Positions 1-11,040 are shown, numbered from the stretch's first letter. The stretch: DNA of 64,000 nucleotides from Bacteriovoracaceae bacterium (GCA_048270185.1 JBLWTJ010000001.1:384001-448000); one strand, 5' to 3'. The notes: a model not told the origin generated them from the letters alone. Translations and numbers: made by a program.

Positions 1-107
1 CTATAGCAGTCGAAGTCGGGCACGCATCCGTTAAGACGACAGGAGAATACGATAAGAGACGTAACAAAATTAAGGAATCTCCGGCCTTAAAATTAACTTG
101 GGAATAG
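1..107 (+). CDS. Tyrosine recombinase/integrase, C-terminal fragment (gene truncated by window start)
   Basis: Frame from nt 3 reads IAVEVGHASVKTTGEYDKRRNKIKESPALKLTWE*. VGHASVKTTGEY matches the box II motif LGHxxxxTTxxY with the catalytic Tyr. Confidence 0.75.
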   Translation, partial: IAVEVGHASVKTTGEYDKRRNKIKESPALKLTWE

Positions 108-145
108 TCCTTTTCAATTTTTCGCACCCCATCGTTCGTATATTT

Positions 146-194
146 TCACAAGATATAGTAGTGTCAAAAATTCTACGGCCACAATATATGGTAT
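146..194 (+). promoter_or_regulatory. Tandem NrdR boxes
   Basis: TCACAAGATATAGTAG (146-161) and CCACAATATATGGTAT (179-194) match acaCwAtATaTwGtg. They are 33 bp apart and lie upstream of the RNR genes. Confidence 0.8.
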
Positions 195-544
195 GAACAC
201 ATTGTGTTAGAACCTACTGAAACATCTAAAAAATAGATGACAGAAATTTTTAGATGAAGATTTTATACCAGAAAAAATATTGTCAATTCTTCTCTACACC
301 CTATTTAATAGGCTCTAAAAGACATACCTAGACAATCAAGTATAAAAATTAGAGTTCGTCTCAAATAAAGTCAAAAACATGACCCGTTGTATGTTGATAT
401 TAAACCCTCAAAACCATAAACTAAATTAGAACACACAACACGATCTTTTATTAATACAAAACTAAGAGATTTATATTTATTTTTATGAAACTTAAGTTGC
501 ATGCAAACGCACACACGGCATTTGTAAAAGTTAAGGAGGAACTT

Positions 545-1516
545 GTGACTTCAAAAATTCTAGCAGAAAACGAAGACAGATTTGTTCTATTTCCAATTGA
601 ATACAATTCAATCTGGGAAATGTACAAAAGACACATGGCGGTTTTTTGGACAGCTGAAGAAATCGACTTAGAACAGGACTTAACAGACTGGGAAAAGTTA
701 AATGACAACGAGAGACACTTTATCACTCACGTTCTTGCATTCTTTGCAGCAAGTGACGGGATTGTTAATGAAAACCTAGCGGTACGTTTTTACAATGACG
801 TTCAAAACCCAGAAGCGAGATGCTTCTACGGTTTCCAAATCGCAATGGAAAATATTCACTCGGAAACTTACTCACTTCTTATCGACACTTACGTAAAAGA
901 CGCTAAAGAAAAAGATCGTCTTTTCCACGCTGTTGATCACTTTGAGCCAGTTAAGAAAAAAGCTGATTGGGCCATGAAGTGGTTACGTGCAAAAAATACG
1001 TTTGCCGAAAGACTAGTAGCATTTGCAGCGATCGAAGGTATCTTCTTCTCTGGATCTTTCTGCTCTATTTTCTGGTTAAAGAAAAGAGGGCTTATGCCAG
1101 GTCTATGTACTTCTAACGAGTTTATTTCTCGTGATGAAGGGCTACACTGTGAATTTGCAGTACTTCTACACTCACTACTTGATAAAGAAGAGCAATGTAC
1201 GAAGGAAACAATTAAATCAATTATCACTGAAGCAGTAGAAATTGAAAAAGAATTCATCTCTGAAGCAATTCCTGTTTCACTAATTGGTATGAATGCTGAT
1301 CTAATGAAACAATATATTGAATTCGTAGCAGACTTCTGGATGCAACAATTCGGACTTGAAACTCACTATGGTTCAGCAAACCCATTTGACTGGATGGAGC
1401 TAATCTCACTAGAAGGAAAGACTAACTTCTTTGAAAAGAGAGTTTCTGAATACCAAAGACCAGGTATTCTTTCAGAAAAATCAGAAAACACTTTCACATT
1501 AGACGCGGAGTTTTAA
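545..1516 (+). CDS. nrdB: Ribonucleotide reductase class Ia beta (R2) subunit
   Basis: Motifs [46 protein letters not shown] and NFFEKRV. Start is probably GTG 545 after RBS AAGGAGG (ORF track starts at 485). Confidence 0.97.
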   Translation: MTSKILAENEDRFVLFPIEYNSIWEMYKRHMAVFWTAEEIDLEQDLTDWEKLNDNERHFITHVLAFFAASDGIVNENLAVRFYNDVQNPEARCFYGFQIAMENIHSETYSLLIDTYVKDAKEKDRLFHAVDHFEPVKKKADWAMKWLRAKNTFAERLVAFAAIEGIFFSGSFCSIFWLKKRGLMPGLCTSNEFISRDEGLHCEFAVLLHSLLDKEEQCTKETIKSIITEAVEIEKEFISEAIPVSLIGMNADLMKQYIEFVADFWMQQFGLETHYGSANPFDWMELISLEGKTNFFEKRVSEYQRPGILSEKSENTFTLDAEF

Positions 1517-1519
1517 GAA

Positions 1520-3889
1520 ATGTACGTACAAACGAGAAGTGGCGAAAGAGAGCCAATTAAATTTGATAAAATTACAGATAGAATTTCATCTCTAGCATTT
1601 GGTTTAGAGAATTCAGTTGACCCAACTTTAATTACTCAAAAAGTAATCGAAGGTATCTACGATGGGATTACAACTTCAGAACTAGATAACCTAGCAGCTG
1701 AAACAGCAGCATACCTTGCAACAAAGCACCCAGACTACAATGTACTTGCTGGACGTATTGCCGTTTCAAACCTTCACAAAGAAACAAAGGGATGTTTTTC
1801 TGAGAATGTTAAAGAAATGTATCACTACGTAAACGCTGCAACAGGTGAGCACGCTCCTCTTGTTTCAAAAGAACTTTATGAAACAGTAATGGAGAATGCT
1901 GAACTATTAGACAAAACTCTAGTTGATAAGCGTGACTTTGGTTATGACTACTTTGGTTTCAAAACTCTTCAAAGATCATACCTTCTAAAAATGGATGGAA
2001 AAATCGTTGAGAGACCAGGTCAAATGCTACTAAGAGTATCTGTTGGTATGCACATGAACGATATGGAAGCGGCCATTGAGACATATAACTTAATGAGTGA
2101 GAAATACTTCACACACGCAACTCCTACACTATTTAACTCGGGAACAAATAAGCCACAAATGTCTTCTTGTTTCCTACTAACAATGAAAGATGATTCAATT
2201 GATGGAATCTACGATACTCTAAAGCAAACTGCTCTTATTTCTCAGTCTGCAGGAGGGATCGGTCTATCAATCCACAATATCCGCGCAAAAGGTTCATTTA
2301 TTAAAGGAACTAACGGTACTTCGAACGGAATCGTTCCAATGCTTAAAGTCTTCAACGATACTGCTCGCTACGTAGATCAAGGAGGTGGAAAGCGTAAAGG
2401 TTCATTTGCAGTTTATCTTGAGCCATGGCACGCAGATATTTTTGAATTCTTAGAAATGAAGAAGAACACTGGTAAGGATGAGCAAAGAGCGCGTGACCTT
2501 TTCTACGCACTTTGGACTCCAGACTTATTCATGAAACGTGTTGAAGAAGATAAAGAGTGGTCATTATTTTGTCCACACGAGTGTCCAGGTTTAGCTGACT
2601 GTTATGGTGCTGAATTTGAGGCCCTATACACTCGCTATGAAAAAGAAGGTAAGGCCAAGAAAACAATTCGTGCCCAAGACCTTTGGTTTGCAGTTCTTGA
2701 ATCTCAAACTGAAACTGGTTCTCCTTATATGCTTTACAAGGATGCGGCCAATGAGAAGTCAAACCAGAAGAACCTTGGAACAATCAAGTCTTCTAACCTT
2801 TGTACTGAAATTCTTGAATACACAGCTCCAGATGAAGTTGCAGTTTGTAACTTAGCTTCTGTTGCTCTTAATAAATTTGTAAAGACTGATGCTGAAGGTA
2901 ATCCAACTTACGATCATGACCACCTTTACAAAGTTGTCTACAGAATGACGAAGAACCTTAACAGAGTAATTGATGTTAACTACTACCCAGTACCAGAAGC
3001 GCGTAACTCAAATATGAGACACCGTCCAGTTGGTCTTGGAGTACAAGGTCTTCAAGATACATTCTTTATGATGAGACTTCCATTTGAGTCTGAAGCTGCA
3101 CTTAAGCTAAACAACGATATCTTCGAAACGATCTACTTTGCAGCTGTTACTGCTTCAAAGGATCAAGCAAAGATCGACGGGCCATACTCAACTTATGAAG
3201 GTTCACCAATTTCACAAGGACAACTTCAGTTTGATATGTGGGGACACACTGAGCACTCAGGACGTTGGGACTGGGATGCACTAAAAGCGGAAATCAAAGA
3301 GCACGGGGTAAGAAACTCTCTTCTTGTTGCTCCAATGCCAACTGCTTCGACATCTCAAATTCTTGGAAATAACGAGTGTTTTGAACCGATTACATCAAAT
3401 ATCTATGTAAGACGTGTTCTTTCAGGTGAATTTGCAGTTGTTAATAAGTACTTAGTTCGCGACCTAATTGATCGTGGCGTGTGGGATGACAATATGAGAA
3501 ATGAAATCATTGCTAATAATGGTTCAATTCAATCAATTGAAAGAGTTCCAGAAGACTTAAAAGCACTATACAAAACTGTATGGGAAGTTAAACAAAAATC
3601 AGTAATTGATATGTCAGCAGGCCGCGGGCCTTATATTGACCAAGGTCAATCACTAAATATCCACATGGAAAACCCTAACTTCGGTAAACTTTCTTCAATG
3701 CACTTCTATGCTTGGAAGAAAGGACTTAAGACAGGAATGTACTATCTACGCTCACGTGCTGCAGTTAACGCTGTTCAGTTCACAGTTAAGAACGAAGAGA
3801 AGAAAACTCCTGAGCAACTTGAGCAAGAAGCGGCAGCAATGGTTTGTTCAATCGAGAACCCAGAAGATTGCCAAATGTGTGGAAGCTAG
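1520..3889 (+). CDS. nrdA: Ribonucleotide reductase class Ia alpha (R1) subunit with ATP cone
   Basis: N-terminal ATP cone, [34 protein letters not shown] and a C-terminal CxxC. Confidence 0.98.
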   Translation: MYVQTRSGEREPIKFDKITDRISSLAFGLENSVDPTLITQKVIEGIYDGITTSELDNLAAETAAYLATKHPDYNVLAGRIAVSNLHKETKGCFSENVKEMYHYVNAATGEHAPLVSKELYETVMENAELLDKTLVDKRDFGYDYFGFKTLQRSYLLKMDGKIVERPGQMLLRVSVGMHMNDMEAAIETYNLMSEKYFTHATPTLFNSGTNKPQMSSCFLLTMKDDSIDGIYDTLKQTALISQSAGGIGLSIHNIRAKGSFIKGTNGTSNGIVPMLKVFNDTARYVDQGGGKRKGSFAVYLEPWHADIFEFLEMKKNTGKDEQRARDLFYALWTPDLFMKRVEEDKEWSLFCPHECPGLADCYGAEFEALYTRYEKEGKAKKTIRAQDLWFAVLESQTETGSPYMLYKDAANEKSNQKNLGTIKSSNLCTEILEYTAPDEVAVCNLASVALNKFVKTDAEGNPTYDHDHLYKVVYRMTKNLNRVIDVNYYPVPEARNSNMRHRPVGLGVQGLQDTFFMMRLPFESEAALKLNNDIFETIYFAAVTASKDQAKIDGPYSTYEGSPISQGQLQFDMWGHTEHSGRWDWDALKAEIKEHGVRNSLLVAPMPTASTSQILGNNECFEPITSNIYVRRVLSGEFAVVNKYLVRDLIDRGVWDDNMRNEIIANNGSIQSIERVPEDLKALYKTVWEVKQKSVIDMSAGRGPYIDQGQSLNIHMENPNFGKLSSMHFYAWKKGLKTGMYYLRSRAAVNAVQFTVKNEEKKTPEQLEQEAAAMVCSIENPEDCQMCGS

Positions 3890-3947
3890 GCCAAGAGCTT
3901 AGACAAAAATTAAAATAACGGTCCATGAAAGTGGCCCGATGCTAGAA

Positions 3948-3993
3948 GAAGGCCCAAGCGACGATTGATTGTCCCTTGGGTCTTCCTTTTTTT
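3948..3993 (+). terminator. Intrinsic terminator after nrdA
   Basis: GAAGGCCCAAGCGAC...GTCCCTTGGGTCTTC imperfect hairpin followed by a T7 run. Confidence 0.7.
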
Positions 3994-4003
3994 AGGTAAC
4001 AGC

Positions 4004-4672
4004 ATGAATAAAGTAAAAGAAATCACAGTCAATCAAATCGAAGATAATTCAGAGTTTTGGAAGCAAGGATGGGAAAAAGGCTTCACGGGATTTCATCAAA
4101 ATGAATACAATCCAACCCTCCTCGAGTACTTTAAAGACAAAGACCTTAAAAATAAAACAATCTTTGTTCCACTGTGTGGAAAATCACTCGATATGATTTA
4201 TCTTGCAGAACTTGGGGCCAATGTCATTGGTGTAGAAATTGTAAAGGAACCAGTTGAGCAATTCTTCATCGAAAATAAACTCGACTACCAAATTGAAGGC
4301 AACAAGTATTCATCTAGCACACTTAATGGAAGAATAACCATCATCAATGATGACATCTTTAAGCTACAAGAACTAGGGGAAGTTCACTACCTCTATGACA
4401 GAGCATCAAATATTGCTCTTCCACAGTGCATTCGAGAAGATAAGTACTATCCAACAATAAAGAAGTTGATTACAGATAAAACAGGTATTCTGCTTTTAAC
4501 AATAGACCATGAAGGTAGCAGAGACTTTGGACCACCATATCCTGTAACAAAAGATGAAACACTACAACAGTATCCTGATCTTATCTTACAGAATGAAAGT
4601 ACAGTAAAATCACAAGATAGATTTCAAAAAGAAGGAATTGATAAAATACAAAGAATTATTTGGGCCAAATAA
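4004..4672 (+). CDS. Thiopurine S-methyltransferase family protein
   Basis: FWKQGW..GFHQ, FVPLCGKSLDM, YDRA and GPPY motifs. ATG 4004 is more likely than TTG 3965. Confidence 0.88.
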   Translation: MNKVKEITVNQIEDNSEFWKQGWEKGFTGFHQNEYNPTLLEYFKDKDLKNKTIFVPLCGKSLDMIYLAELGANVIGVEIVKEPVEQFFIENKLDYQIEGNKYSSSTLNGRITIINDDIFKLQELGEVHYLYDRASNIALPQCIREDKYYPTIKKLITDKTGILLLTIDHEGSRDFGPPYPVTKDETLQQYPDLILQNESTVKSQDRFQKEGIDKIQRIIWAK

Positions 4673-4680
4673 ATGGCCCA
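4661..4680. terminator. Hairpin between convergent genes
   Basis: TGGGCCA-AATAAA-TGGCCCA inverted repeat. Confidence 0.5.
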
Positions 4681-4689
4681 AAGATAATA

Positions 4690-5007
4690 TTAACCATCGC
4701 TCTTTTCAAGAAGATGTAAACACTCAAGTTCGTCGTAATCAAAATCTGAAAAATCTTCTAAACAAGTAGACAGAGCAGCTTGTAATTCAACTGACATTTC
4801 TGATCTTTCCTCGTCACTTATAACACCGTCGGCAGCAATTCGACCAGCTTCTTCATATTCGTTTGTTGTAAATAGATCAACGACTGCTTCAGTTGTCGTA
4901 TAAAAAGGTGCTACAGTGATAACTGTCGAAAGCTCCGATTCACTCATCCCTTCCGCAGACGCTGATAATCCAGTCAGCAAAGTAAGTGCTAATAGTAATT
5001 TCTTCAT
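4690..5007 (-). CDS. Small secreted acidic hypothetical protein
   Basis: Signal peptide MKKLLLALTLLTGLSASA and RBS AGGAG. Confidence 0.75.
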   Translation of the reverse strand: MKKLLLALTLLTGLSASAEGMSESELSTVITVAPFYTTTEAVVDLFTTNEYEEAGRIAADGVISDEERSEMSVELQAALSTCLEDFSDFDYDELECLHLLEKSDG

Positions 5008-5025
5008 AAACTCTCCTTTTTGTTC

Positions 5026-6402
5026 TTATTTAAAGTCGTTCTTTGCAATTTTCATATAATGACCAATAAGTGTGATTTCACTTATGACATCGTTAAAATT
5101 ATTTTGATAAAACTCATTCATTTGTCTTGTGACCGTATTAGCAAGTGGAGACATTCCAAGCCTTGCACGTTGAGCATTTTGTGCAAGCCAATCTTTATAA
5201 CTACTTGCAAGTAAAAAAAATTTCTTTTGCTTTTTCTTATCCTTAAAATTTGATGCCGCCTTCATCATGTCGTCTTGTAATTTGACAAGGGCCATCTTCT
5301 CTAAAAAGATATATGAGTTTTTTATAAGAGATAAATTCGCTTTGGCCCTCTCTTTAGCAAGTAAAAATCTTTCCTCAACAGAGCTGGCATAATACTCTTC
5401 AATACTAGCAAAACCAATATTCCCTAAGTGATTGGCGACTAAACCTGATTTTTCTTTAAAGAATCGGTTCGGTGTCTTAGCAATAATTCCATCTCTTTTA
5501 AGATCTTTTAAAAGTCCTTTAGGCGTTAATGCATTTCCAACTAGTTTTTCCTTATCAATTGAAGCCTTCAAAATCTTGAGAGATTCTGTTGCACAATTTG
5601 ATGAAAAGAACTTGTAGCGTCCCATATTCTTATCAACATACAGCTTAGTAGCGTGGGCAATAAACCTTAGTTTATCTCGTTCAGAAATATTTAAGTCGTA
5701 TTGTTCTAAGTCTCTATACTCATCATAATTATATTTTTGCTTTACTTGAGCTAGTGTCATGAAATCAAGTTTAGTCGCATATCCACCGAAGATCCCCTTC
5801 AATAAGCCTGGCGAAAAATCATCCACATCTGCCGCAATACCGATAATGAATTCTGTTTGTTTTTTTAAAGGACAATTCTCGATATCTTCCTTACATGCTC
5901 TGATATAAAACATACTGTGGCCAAAGCGACTCATGGCACTTTCACCATTAGATGCCATTAGATAAGAGAGCTTAATAATACGGTTCTTATAAAAGCTTAT
6001 TTCTTTAAAACCAGAGTAAAGATTAACAAAAGTAGAAAAGTAATTGTCACACTTCACTGATTCATGAATATTCATTCCTGTAATATCAACAAAGAATTCA
6101 TAACGGGCCAAGTCTTCACATTTATAATTTTCTCGATTTAAAAATTGATTAAGATTATCTTCAAATTCTTCTCCAGGATTCTTAAAATGATTTCCTTCTT
6201 TAAGCGATCGATAAAAGACTTCTCGCTTGCGATCACCACCAGCTTTAATAGTTCTTATATATCTCTTCCAATTAGTTAGAGCTAAATACTGCTTTCTTTC
6301 AGTCTTAGTTAGCTCGCTAAAGCTTATAACTGAAGCTTGTGTTATCTCACTAAATAGCGTGAGAGCGATAATGAAAGGAGCTAAATACCTGAAGTAAATC
6401 AT
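5026..6402 (-). CDS. DUF4105 (Lnb N-terminal-like, papain-like) domain protein
   Basis: Signal peptide plus SRFGHS and YKFFSSNCAT motifs typical of DUF4105. Confidence 0.75.
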   Translation of the reverse strand: MIYFRYLAPFIIALTLFSEITQASVISFSELTKTERKQYLALTNWKRYIRTIKAGGDRKREVFYRSLKEGNHFKNPGEEFEDNLNQFLNRENYKCEDLARYEFFVDITGMNIHESVKCDNYFSTFVNLYSGFKEISFYKNRIIKLSYLMASNGESAMSRFGHSMFYIRACKEDIENCPLKKQTEFIIGIAADVDDFSPGLLKGIFGGYATKLDFMTLAQVKQKYNYDEYRDLEQYDLNISERDKLRFIAHATKLYVDKNMGRYKFFSSNCATESLKILKASIDKEKLVGNALTPKGLLKDLKRDGIIAKTPNRFFKEKSGLVANHLGNIGFASIEEYYASSVEERFLLAKERAKANLSLIKNSYIFLEKMALVKLQDDMMKAASNFKDKKKQKKFFLLASSYKDWLAQNAQRARLGMSPLANTVTRQMNEFYQNNFNDVISEITLIGHYMKIAKNDFK

Positions 6403-6530
6403 TGTTATTATTTACAACAAATTAGCGCGTGAAGGCTTATTTTTGAAAAGAAGAAATCGACCGTCCAAGAACTGAACAGTCGCTTGTTTTATCGATAACT
6501 TAGACGGATTTGCAAGTCGTTTTGAAGTCC

Positions 6531-7385
6531 TTAATTTGCATTTGCGCTGGCCTGAACAAAGCTATAGTAGAAAACAGCATTAGGATCATTTGAAACTCGC
6601 TTAAGCTCAACCTTCATTTCATCGACAGTTTGCTGATCGACCCTTCCCTCTTTAACAAGCTGAGGGGCCGCAGATAAAAGAAGTTCACACCAATAATCGA
6701 TAAACTCCTTTCTCTTATCAGGACGTCGATTATCAAGATGCCAAGTCTTTGATTCAACCTTAATATTTCTAAAGCCTTGTTGCATAAGAAGGTTACCAAG
6801 CTTTGCTCCAATAAATGGGTCTCCACCCATATCGTATTGATAATCATTAAAGGCCTGCCAATACTTCCAAGTGCTAGGAGAATATGGATCAAGTAAGAAG
6901 CTTGAATTCATCACTTCTGTAATATAGATTCGGCCACCAGGACGTAAAACTCTTCTTGCTTCTGAAAGAACTTTTGCAGGCTCTGGTACGTGCTCAAGAA
7001 TCCAACAAAGAAAGGCACCATCAAATTTATGGGAATCAAAAGTTAAATTTGTGGCATCCATTTGATGAAGAGTGAAACGATTCTTAAAGGAACCATTCAA
7101 TGTTTCACCAAGAAATTCTTTTGCCGAAGCAAGTTGATGCTCACTTCGATCAACACATGTAATATGCATTTCAGGAAAGCGTCTTAGTAAGATCTCAGTT
7201 TGAGCACCAACACCACTTCCTATTTCCACTAATTCTTTGACGCGAGAAAGATTAATATCTTTATAGACTGTCTGCTCTGCAAACCTTGCTTGTGCGCGAA
7301 GGCGATCTTGTTCGGCCTTATCAAAGCCGTGTAAATATGGGAACTCACTTGGATTTATTTTATTATCATTACTATTATTAGACAT
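6531..7385 (-). CDS. Class I SAM-dependent methyltransferase
   Basis: VEIGSGVG motif I, LEHVPEP, RVLRPGG. Confidence 0.9.
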   Translation of the reverse strand: MSNNSNDNKINPSEFPYLHGFDKAEQDRLRAQARFAEQTVYKDINLSRVKELVEIGSGVGAQTEILLRRFPEMHITCVDRSEHQLASAKEFLGETLNGSFKNRFTLHQMDATNLTFDSHKFDGAFLCWILEHVPEPAKVLSEARRVLRPGGRIYITEVMNSSFLLDPYSPSTWKYWQAFNDYQYDMGGDPFIGAKLGNLLMQQGFRNIKVESKTWHLDNRRPDKRKEFIDYWCELLLSAAPQLVKEGRVDQQTVDEMKVELKRVSNDPNAVFYYSFVQASANAN

Positions 7386-7480
7386 AATCTACCTCAATAA
7401 AGTTTAGAAGATTATAACATGGATGGCCCTTATGTAATAGATTTGCTAAATTAGGGCCAAATAATTAAACGGAGTATGAT

Positions 7481-8056
7481 ATGCAATTAATATTAGGTAG
7501 TTCTTCACAGTTTCGCCAAGCACAACTAAAGCAGTTAGGTTTAGAGTTTAGCTGTGTATCCCCAAATATTGATGAAGAAGCAATTAAGACTCAAGGCCTA
7601 ACTCCATATGAAGTCTCACGTGAGTTATCACTCCAAAAAGCACAGGAAGTTTTAAAGTCAAATCCAAACGCTATCATCATTGGTGGCGATCAAGTCTTAA
7701 ACTTTAAGGGCGAAATATTCAATAAACCAGAAACAATTGAAAATGCAATTAATCACCTAAAGAAGCTTCAGGGTGAAACCCATGAGCTAATCACTAGCAT
7801 TGCCGTTATCACAAATGAAAAAACTATTGTTGAAACTGTTGTTTCAAAAATGAAGATGAAGGCCCTAACTGATGCACAAATCAAAAATTATGTCCTAGCG
7901 GATGAGCCACTATGGAGCTGTGGTGCTTACAAGCTAGAAACACTTGGAATCGCTTTATTCGAAGAGATCGAGTGTCCTGACCACTCTTCAATTATTGGGC
8001 TTCCCCTAATGGCCCTAACAAGAATCCTGGAAGACTTTGGAATTAAAGTACTCTAA
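7481..8056 (+). CDS. maf: Maf-family nucleoside triphosphate pyrophosphatase
   Basis: LILGSSS..R, IDEE, GGDQV, KP, GAY and IIGLP motifs. Confidence 0.92.
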   Translation: MQLILGSSSQFRQAQLKQLGLEFSCVSPNIDEEAIKTQGLTPYEVSRELSLQKAQEVLKSNPNAIIIGGDQVLNFKGEIFNKPETIENAINHLKKLQGETHELITSIAVITNEKTIVETVVSKMKMKALTDAQIKNYVLADEPLWSCGAYKLETLGIALFEEIECPDHSSIIGLPLMALTRILEDFGIKVL

Positions 8057-8090
8057 ACTACTAATATCTAAAGGATTACATTAATCTGAC

Positions 8091-8118
8091 TCAATAACTC
8101 CACTAAGTATGCCGATAA
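8091..8118 (+). promoter_or_regulatory. Sigma28 (FliA)-type promoter
   Basis: TCAA-N16-GCCGATAA with a perfect -10 element, ending 28 nt before ATG 8147. Confidence 0.65.
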
Positions 8119-8146
8119 AGTGAATTGAAATACCTGTGGGGGAAAA

Positions 8147-9763
8147 ATGTTAAGAAAACAATCAATGGCCATTGTCATGTCGGCAATACTACTCGCTTCT
8201 AGCTGTACTAATAAACAAGAACAATATAATAATCGAGTTATCTCTTCTGTAAACTTATACGGCCCAGAAGTTGAAACGTATTACGATCATGAACACTTAG
8301 AAAACTTTCAAAATAGAATTGAAGAAATCCTCGTATGGCGCCACAAGGCCATTGACTTCATTATCGAGTTAGAAAATCAAAAAGTTTTAAAGAGTAATCA
8401 AATAACAAAAATTCATGAAGAAGGTACTGAAACATATAAGAGTTTTCGTGATGCTGTTTGGCCTAATGTCGAAGACGCCAAATGGATTACAGATAAGTAT
8501 AATGAAATAAATATTATCAAAGAAGGAAGAACTGAAATTCTCAAAAAGAAAAAGAAAGTCAAAAAGCCTGGTCCAGGAAATCGAAAACATGACTCACAAA
8601 ATTATCGCTGGGTAAAATACAAAGAGATTAATATCAATCCACAAGATGAGCTTGGTAAGAGTCTTATCTATGATATCAAAACGGCCATCGCAACTTCCGT
8701 TGTAATGTATGACAACTACATGATCGTCTTATCACAAATTCAAGAGATGAAAAAAATTCGCCACCTCATTAACTATGACAATGCCGAACTTAAGAATCAA
8801 TTAGCAAAGATTACTTTCAGCTATAACAAATATGATAATTATAATCGAATCGAAAGAGGTCTAAATCTCTATAATGAGTTAAATGCATACAATATTGAAA
8901 ATGATATTATCCCTGATCGAGCTAATTACTATCTTGACTCACTCATTCAATCTTCTCAATCATTTGTAAAATTGAATAAAGATTTTAAGAAAGGTATTTT
9001 TGGCCGTAAGGTTACAATGATCTGGCGCTATATTAAGGACTACTTTAAAGAGAGTAAGAATAATACTACTCACATCATTTCAAAAGGCTTCGGAAATGGA
9101 GCAGGACTTGTGCAAACAAGAAAGGGAAAACTATATAACCCATCTCCAGAAAGAGTCGCAGAACTAGAGTCGCAATTAGAACCACTAGATGTCCTATTAG
9201 AGAAAACTCCATTTCGTCTAACCGATAAGTTTATCCCAGGACACTGGGGCCATGTAGCGATTTGGACAGGAAATAAGAAACAATTACAAGAGTTAGGAGT
9301 ATGGGATCACCCTGAAGTTGTTCCGTTCCATGACGAGATTGAGAATAAAGGAAAGAGAATTATTGAAGCTCTACGCCCCGGAGTTCAGTACAATACTCTT
9401 CATCACTTCATGGATATCGATGATTTTGCGGCCGTTCGATACCAAAAAGAATTAACAAGAGAACAAAAACAAAACTATTTAATCAATGCATTCAAGCAAG
9501 TTGGAAAAGTATACGACTTTAATTTTGACGTTGAAACTGATGAGAGAATTGTTTGTTCAGAACTAGCTTATGTTACATTTGATGACATGGACTGGCCTGT
9601 TGCTAAAGCGGCCGGGCGCTATACGATTTCACCAGATAATGTTGGTGAAAAAGTTGGAGATCAACTTGAGTTCTCTACTGTTGTTTTAATTCATGACGGT
9701 AAAGAAGTTAGTGACAACTTAAATGCAAGCTTTAGAAAACTAATGAAAGATAGTACTTTATAA
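8147..9763 (+). CDS. Lipoprotein with C-terminal YiiX/YebB-like permuted papain-like (NlpC/P60) domain
   Basis: Lipobox LASSC. GHWGHVAIW, IIEA, YDFNFD and IVCSELAY place His before Cys, the permuted arrangement. Confidence 0.85.
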   Translation: MLRKQSMAIVMSAILLASSCTNKQEQYNNRVISSVNLYGPEVETYYDHEHLENFQNRIEEILVWRHKAIDFIIELENQKVLKSNQITKIHEEGTETYKSFRDAVWPNVEDAKWITDKYNEINIIKEGRTEILKKKKKVKKPGPGNRKHDSQNYRWVKYKEININPQDELGKSLIYDIKTAIATSVVMYDNYMIVLSQIQEMKKIRHLINYDNAELKNQLAKITFSYNKYDNYNRIERGLNLYNELNAYNIENDIIPDRANYYLDSLIQSSQSFVKLNKDFKKGIFGRKVTMIWRYIKDYFKESKNNTTHIISKGFGNGAGLVQTRKGKLYNPSPERVAELESQLEPLDVLLEKTPFRLTDKFIPGHWGHVAIWTGNKKQLQELGVWDHPEVVPFHDEIENKGKRIIEALRPGVQYNTLHHFMDIDDFAAVRYQKELTREQKQNYLINAFKQVGKVYDFNFDVETDERIVCSELAYVTFDDMDWPVAKAAGRYTISPDNVGEKVGDQLEFSTVVLIHDGKEVSDNLNASFRKLMKDSTL

Positions 9764-10246
9764 TCGATTTAAAACAGAGAATTTCCAAGCTGGGGAATTC
9801 TCTGTTTTTTCAAAGAATACCTCTTCACTCACACTAAATTCACTTCGGTCAAACTCTGGAAAGAAGACATCCGCTTCCCCCTCAAAATCAACTTCTGTTA
9901 AATAGATGCGATCAACTTTTGGAAGATAGTATTCATAAATAAATGAGCCGCCAATGACCACGGCCTCTTCACAACCGGAATCATTTAAGTCTTTTAAGAC
10001 TTTCACAGGATCACTAAAGACATCACATCCTTCAATAGAAAGACTAGCATCACGAGAGATGACGATATTGCGTCTCTTTGGTAGGGGTCTACCGATTGAA
10101 TCATAGGTCTTTCGGCCCATGATAATCGGCTTGCCCGATGTAATTTTCTTGAAGTTTTTAAGGTCCTCGCTAATATGCCAGAGTAAATCATTACCCTTTC
10201 CAATTTCGCGATTCTTCCCTATTCCAACAATAAGTGACAGGATCAA
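9758..10246 (-). CDS. folA: Dihydrofolate reductase
   Basis: [22 protein letters not shown] and VIGG. TTG start overlaps the thyA stop. Confidence 0.96.
   Translation of the reverse strand: MILSLIVGIGKNREIGKGNDLLWHISEDLKNFKKITSGKPIIMGRKTYDSIGRPLPKRRNIVISRDASLSIEGCDVFSDPVKVLKDLNDSGCEEAVVIGGSFIYEYYLPKVDRIYLTEVDFEGEADVFFPEFDRSEFSVSEEVFFEKTENSPAWKFSVLNRL
9771..9810 (+). terminator. Terminator hairpin for the 8147 gene, embedded in the folA 3' end
   Basis: AAAACAGAGAATTTCC-AAGCT-GGGGAATTCTCTGTTTT followed by further Ts. Confidence 0.65.
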
Positions 10247-11040
10247 ACTGAAACTTCCCCAGCAATATGTGGATGGGCCACATAGTCTTGAAGTTTAAAA
10301 TCAGCTGAAGTGAATTCAAAGATTGAAGTAATTTCAGGGTTGATCCACATCTTTGGAAGTGAATGCGGCTCACGTGTCAGTTGAAGCTTTGCTTGATCTA
10401 GGTGATTTAAGTAGAGATGAGCATCACCCATCGTGTGAACAAACTCTCCTAATTTAAGGCCTGTAACCTGTGCTAGCATCATTGTCAGCAGTGCATATGA
10501 AGCGATATTAAATGGAACACCTAGGAAGATATCGGCCGAGCGTTGATAAAGCTGGCATGATAATTTCATATCTGGTGAAACATAGAATTGAATGAATGAG
10601 TGACATGGCGGAAGGGCCATATTATCAACATCGGCCGGGTTCCAAGCAGTCAGAATATGACGACGAGAGAATGGGTTCTCACGCAGGCCTTTAACAAGAT
10701 TGGCCACCTGATCAACTTCATCACCATTTGGAGTTTTCCAATGACGCCATTGATAACCATATACTGGGCCAAGATCACCATTTTCGTCGGCCCACTCGTC
10801 CCAGATACGAACTTTATTTTCTTTAAGATATGCAATATTTGTATCACCCTTTAGAAACCAGAGAAGTTCGTGGATGATTGAGCGCAGGTGACACTTCTTT
10901 GTCGTTACAAGAGGAAAGCCCTCTTCTAAATTATAACGGGCCTGATAACCAAAAACTGAAAGCGTTCCCGTACCAGTACGATCTTCTTTCTTTTGACCAT
11001 TTTCAAGCACGTGCTTCATTAGATCTAAGTATTGTCTCAT
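10243..11040 (-). CDS. thyA: Thymidylate synthase
   Basis: [25 protein letters not shown] and HLYLNH. Confidence 0.98.
   Translation of the reverse strand: MRQYLDLMKHVLENGQKKEDRTGTGTLSVFGYQARYNLEEGFPLVTTKKCHLRSIIHELLWFLKGDTNIAYLKENKVRIWDEWADENGDLGPVYGYQWRHWKTPNGDEVDQVANLVKGLRENPFSRRHILTAWNPADVDNMALPPCHSFIQFYVSPDMKLSCQLYQRSADIFLGVPFNIASYALLTMMLAQVTGLKLGEFVHTMGDAHLYLNHLDQAKLQLTREPHSLPKMWINPEITSIFEFTSADFKLQDYVAHPHIAGEVSV

Noticed and set aside
485..11040. nrdBA, thyA and folA as prophage or giant-virus nucleotide genes
   Set aside because: No phage structural or replication genes are present, NrdR boxes are present, and the GGCC signature matches the rest of the window.
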